A model generated the notes under the pieces. That model ran no database searches, was not told where the DNA came from, and worked only from the letters and a program-made list of their open reading frames with translations. Position numbers and translations under genes: made by a program. From the NCBI GenBank assembly GCA_964499685.1, contig CAZCLW010000006.1, positions 4,011 to 68,010 of the forward strand: a stretch of DNA of 64,000 nucleotides, written 5' to 3'. Of this stretch, positions 61,106-64,000 are shown piece after piece. The stretch comes from an uncultured Planctomycetales bacterium. GTDB taxonomy: Bacteria; Omnitrophota; Gorgyraeia; Zapsychrales; GWA2-47-8. The first letter of the stretch is position 1. Every line of letters starts with the position of its first letter.

Positions 61106-63041
61106 CCTGCGTAACGCCTTATTTATTTTTCTTGTTTCGACCGTCCTGTCCAGCCTTACAGTGAATATTATCCTTCTCTTTTCCAAGGATAAGCTCGCTC
61201 ATAAAGCCTCATCTTCCCTGACCCATAGCCTAAAGATCGGGAACATATTCTATATCCCTCCTGATATCCTTCTCGTCCAGGATCTGAAAATAATATCCCA
61301 AAATGCAGACGCCGGCCCCGCGCGATTACCCTTGATCGGTCTAAAATTTTCTTTAGCGGACCTTATCTTCCGACAGCGCGTATCGGTGCCGGCGATTGCC
61401 ATCAATGAAGTGTTTGCTTCCCGTGCCTTTGTGTCCAAATTTATCCATGAGAATGGAGAGCACCTGGCAAGCATTCTACGCTCTCTGCCCAAAGCAGATA
61501 TCCTTTTCCTGATAAAAGAAGCGCAATTGCATTTTCCTCAAGGAGCAGTGACCAATACGCTGCACATCAATCTCGCGGTTCAAGTCAAAGGCGAAGAGTT
61601 TTACGCGAAAGGCAATATCTACCAGCCGGAGGACCTTAGCCCCTTTATTTTGCATGCCAACGGAAGACTGACGCCCCGCGGAACACGACTCAATCAATTC
61701 AGCTTAGAACGGCCCAAGTTTTATTCCAATTTTTGGGGTGAAATCCGGGACGGCGTATTGGACATAAGCGGCTACGCCTTTTCGCGAGCGCTTGATGAAA
61801 TTCACCGCCCGGGGATCCTGGAGCGTCTGTCACAAAATACCTCTAAAGCGGTGACTGAACCTACCATTGAACTGATCGACGTCAAATGCCGTGCCCGGCT
61901 AGAGTTCCCGACCGTCAAAGTTGAGCATCTTAATTTCGTCCTGAACAATTTCCCTTTTTCTTCTTCTGGCACGATTGTATTATCTCCGCCGGCAAAGCTC
62001 GATCTGGCCGCTTCACTGTTTAATGCCCCGTCGGGCTCCTCGCACATCAAAAACTTTAAACAGGCCAATCTGCTCCTCAACGGCTCTTTTACTCCCAAGG
62101 GCTTTTTAAGCCGTTCAGAACTGAATTTTTTGTTTGAACAAAGCAAAGACGCCAGCTTTACACTGGATAAGATCAATATCAGTGCCTCTGATCTTCTGCT
62201 TTATTATGATTTCCGGCAGACCGCGCAGCTCAACAAAGGCGCCGTCACTTTCACGACGCTCAAGGCCCCGCACCGTATTTCCTTTGACAATCTCAAAATG
62301 TCTTTCAACTTTGAAGGCGAAAAGTTCAAGATCATTGACATCGTCGCCGCGCTATATGGCGGCAGCCTACAGGGGCGCGTATGGGTCGATCCTACCCAAT
62401 TCCCTTTGCGCGTGACGGCCAGCGCGATTTTTAAAGAGGCCGAGGCAAACGCCCTGGAAGAGCTACTCGTCCACTTTTCAAAGATCCATGGAAGTCTTTC
62501 AGGAAAACTTTTGGTCAAGAGCCATCCCAATTTTGATCTGGCCGGAGAGCTTCTTATCCGCAACGGTTCGTTGCGCAATTTTGATTTCTTCAAGTGGATG
62601 GCGGAGACCTTCGTGATGCCCTCTCTTGTCAATATTCCTTTCGGCGAAACAACAGCGCGATTTTGGGTCAATCACAAAGGCAGCGGATTGACCGACCTTC
62701 AGATCAATTCGCCCGATGTAAGCCTGACCGGTTATTTTAATGTGGATAAAAGCAGTCTGGTGAGCAGTAAATTGTCACTGGGGTTAAGCCGGGGTATTTT
62801 GCAGGAATCGCCGAAATTCAGGGCCATTTTACGGATGTTCGAGCAGGATATCCCTTCCCTCTTTTTCGATTTTCAATTGTCGGGAAATCAGGATGCCATG
62901 AATTTTAAATGGCTTCAGTCGGAATTCAAGCAGCGTATTCAGGACCGCATCCCTAATTTCGTTGAACGCATGATCGACCGCAAGATCGACACGATTTTGG
63001 AAGGGAAAACAGTGGAAGAGCAGGAGCCTTCAGCTCAGTAA
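61071..63041 (+). CDS. Large envelope-associated hypothetical protein with an N-terminal signal anchor (AsmA-like architecture, unconfirmed)
   Basis: 656 aa with one N-terminal TM helix and a long beta-rich body. Its start overlaps the upstream gene by 35 nt. Confidence 0.45.
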   Translation: MTEKFLPKFRINLRNALFIFLVSTVLSSLTVNIILLFSKDKLAHKASSSLTHSLKIGNIFYIPPDILLVQDLKIISQNADAGPARLPLIGLKFSLADLIFRQRVSVPAIAINEVFASRAFVSKFIHENGEHLASILRSLPKADILFLIKEAQLHFPQGAVTNTLHINLAVQVKGEEFYAKGNIYQPEDLSPFILHANGRLTPRGTRLNQFSLERPKFYSNFWGEIRDGVLDISGYAFSRALDEIHRPGILERLSQNTSKAVTEPTIELIDVKCRARLEFPTVKVEHLNFVLNNFPFSSSGTIVLSPPAKLDLAASLFNAPSGSSHIKNFKQANLLLNGSFTPKGFLSRSELNFLFEQSKDASFTLDKINISASDLLLYYDFRQTAQLNKGAVTFTTLKAPHRISFDNLKMSFNFEGEKFKIIDIVAALYGGSLQGRVWVDPTQFPLRVTASAIFKEAEANALEELLVHFSKIHGSLSGKLLVKSHPNFDLAGELLIRNGSLRNFDFFKWMAETFVMPSLVNIPFGETTARFWVNHKGSGLTDLQINSPDVSLTGYFNVDKSSLVSSKLSLGLSRGILQESPKFRAILRMFEQDIPSLFFDFQLSGNQDAMNFKWLQSEFKQRIQDRIPNFVERMIDRKIDTILEGKTVEEQEPSAQ

Positions 63042-64000
63042 TTTCTGCAGGATCTTTACACTTCCCGCGGGAAGCGGATAACGCTTGAAATCGCCCGGCC
63101 TTACCCATTTGCGTCCTTTATCGGCCGCAGGATAATCTTTTAAAACACAGTCAAAGACATGCAATGTCACCTTGAATTCCGTATAAAAATGGAGAACATT
63201 GAACAAATGCTTAGCCGACTTGACGTTGACACCCAGCTCCTCTTTTATCTCCCGATATAAAGCCTCTTTGGGCGTCTCGCCTTTTTCCAATTTTCCTCCG
63301 GGAAATTCCCACAATCCCGCCAAAAGACCTTCGGATGACCTCTGCTGAATAAAATACCTTCCCTCATCTCGGATGACAGCGACCGCTACATCTAATGATC
63401 TAACGACCTTTTTCTTTACCGCTGGTATATTTTCTTGCACGCCATGTTTAAACGCACGGCAAGAACCGCGGCCGGGACAGCTCATACATAAAGGCGCACG
63501 GTTCAGGCAGATCAGCGCGCCGAGCTCCATCAAAGCCTGATTAAAGATATTGTTTCCCTTAAGCGGCATGATCTCTTGGAGGACCTCCTTGATCCTTTCG
63601 TCCTGAGAAGCGTCGGCATGCCCCCGCAGCATCAATTGACGCATGAACACACGGCGGACGTTGGCGTCAATGATCGGCTCACGTTGATCAAAAGCGATAC
63701 TCAAGACAGCGCCAGTCGTGTAGGGGCCGAAGCCGGGCAATTTGCGCAAACGCACACGGTCGGAAGGGATCTTACCTCCATATTCTTTCAGGATGATTCG
63801 CGCGGATTTATGGATATTGCGGGCCCGGGAATAATAGCCCAAACCCTGCCACGCCTTTAAGATCTTCTGTAAAGGCGCCCGGGCAACACTCATAACGGTG
63901 GGGAACTGCTTGATCCAACGCTGATAATACGGAATGACCGCATTCACGGTCGTTTGCTGGAGCATGATCTCGGAGATCCAGATCTTATAAGGATCACGGG
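63030..64000 (-). CDS. mutY: A/G-specific adenine DNA glycosylase MutY. 3' part only: the N-terminus lies beyond the window end.
   Basis: HhH-GPD with ...LPGFGPYTTGAV..., a 4Fe-4S CMSCPGRGSC motif and a C-terminal NUDIX-like domain. The frame stays open upstream of the track's Met (...DPYKIWISEIMLQQTTV), matching the MutY N-terminal region. Confidence 0.85.
   Translation of the reverse strand, partial: RDPYKIWISEIMLQQTTVNAVIPYYQRWIKQFPTVMSVARAPLQKILKAWQGLGYYSRARNIHKSARIILKEYGGKIPSDRVRLRKLPGFGPYTTGAVLSIAFDQREPIIDANVRRVFMRQLMLRGHADASQDERIKEVLQEIMPLKGNNIFNQALMELGALICLNRAPLCMSCPGRGSCRAFKHGVQENIPAVKKKVVRSLDVAVAVIRDEGRYFIQQRSSEGLLAGLWEFPGGKLEKGETPKEALYREIKEELGVNVKSAKHLFNVLHFYTEFKVTLHVFDCVLKDYPAADKGRKWVRPGDFKRYPLPAGSVKILQKLLS

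Overview
This 64 kb window is a gene-dense (~90% coding) chromosomal segment from a Gram-negative-type bacterium, with about 50% GC and mostly core-metabolism genes. An outer-membrane TonB-dependent receptor, ExbBD-TonB and a periplasmic Cu/Zn superoxide dismutase support the Gram-negative call. I found no mobile elements, CRISPR arrays, rRNA or tRNA. From 1 to 23.6 kb almost everything lies on the minus strand as one long co-directional super-cluster: sdhCAB, hemN-hemE-hemY, moeA-mobA-moaD, hemA-hemH, two small membrane proteins and atpBEFHAG, followed by cobB-acs and a periplasmic stress block. The rest holds: a NirA/Sir-type sulfite/nitrite reductase with an FprA-type reductase; a small-protein/transporter block; pntAA-AB-B; ald-fumC; stomatin-NfeD; pepA; gltA; a multi-Hpt phosphorelay with an HD-GYP output; surE; an ABC transporter plus TonB/ExbBD and a TonB-dependent receptor; a sulfate-assimilation operon headed by an Rrf2 regulator; and a partial mutY. 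I hand-called features missing from or mis-started in the ORF track: a partial atpG at the window edge, an entericidin-family lipoprotein, a FeoB-associated Cys-rich micro-protein, corrected GYD, PntAB, PilZ, CBS, FprA, SdhA and CysP starts, and several sigma70-type promoters and an operator palindrome. Items most worth a second look: an in-frame TGA inside moeA; a ferrochelatase fused to an N-terminal 3-TM domain; an 80-aa two-helix protein wedged between sdhA and sdhB with TAATG coupling; a CysN-CysC fusion with a degenerate kinase P-loop paired with an APS-reductase-type CysH; and an Hpt/Hpt/REC/hybrid-kinase/HD-GYP cluster containing an unassigned 192-aa protein.
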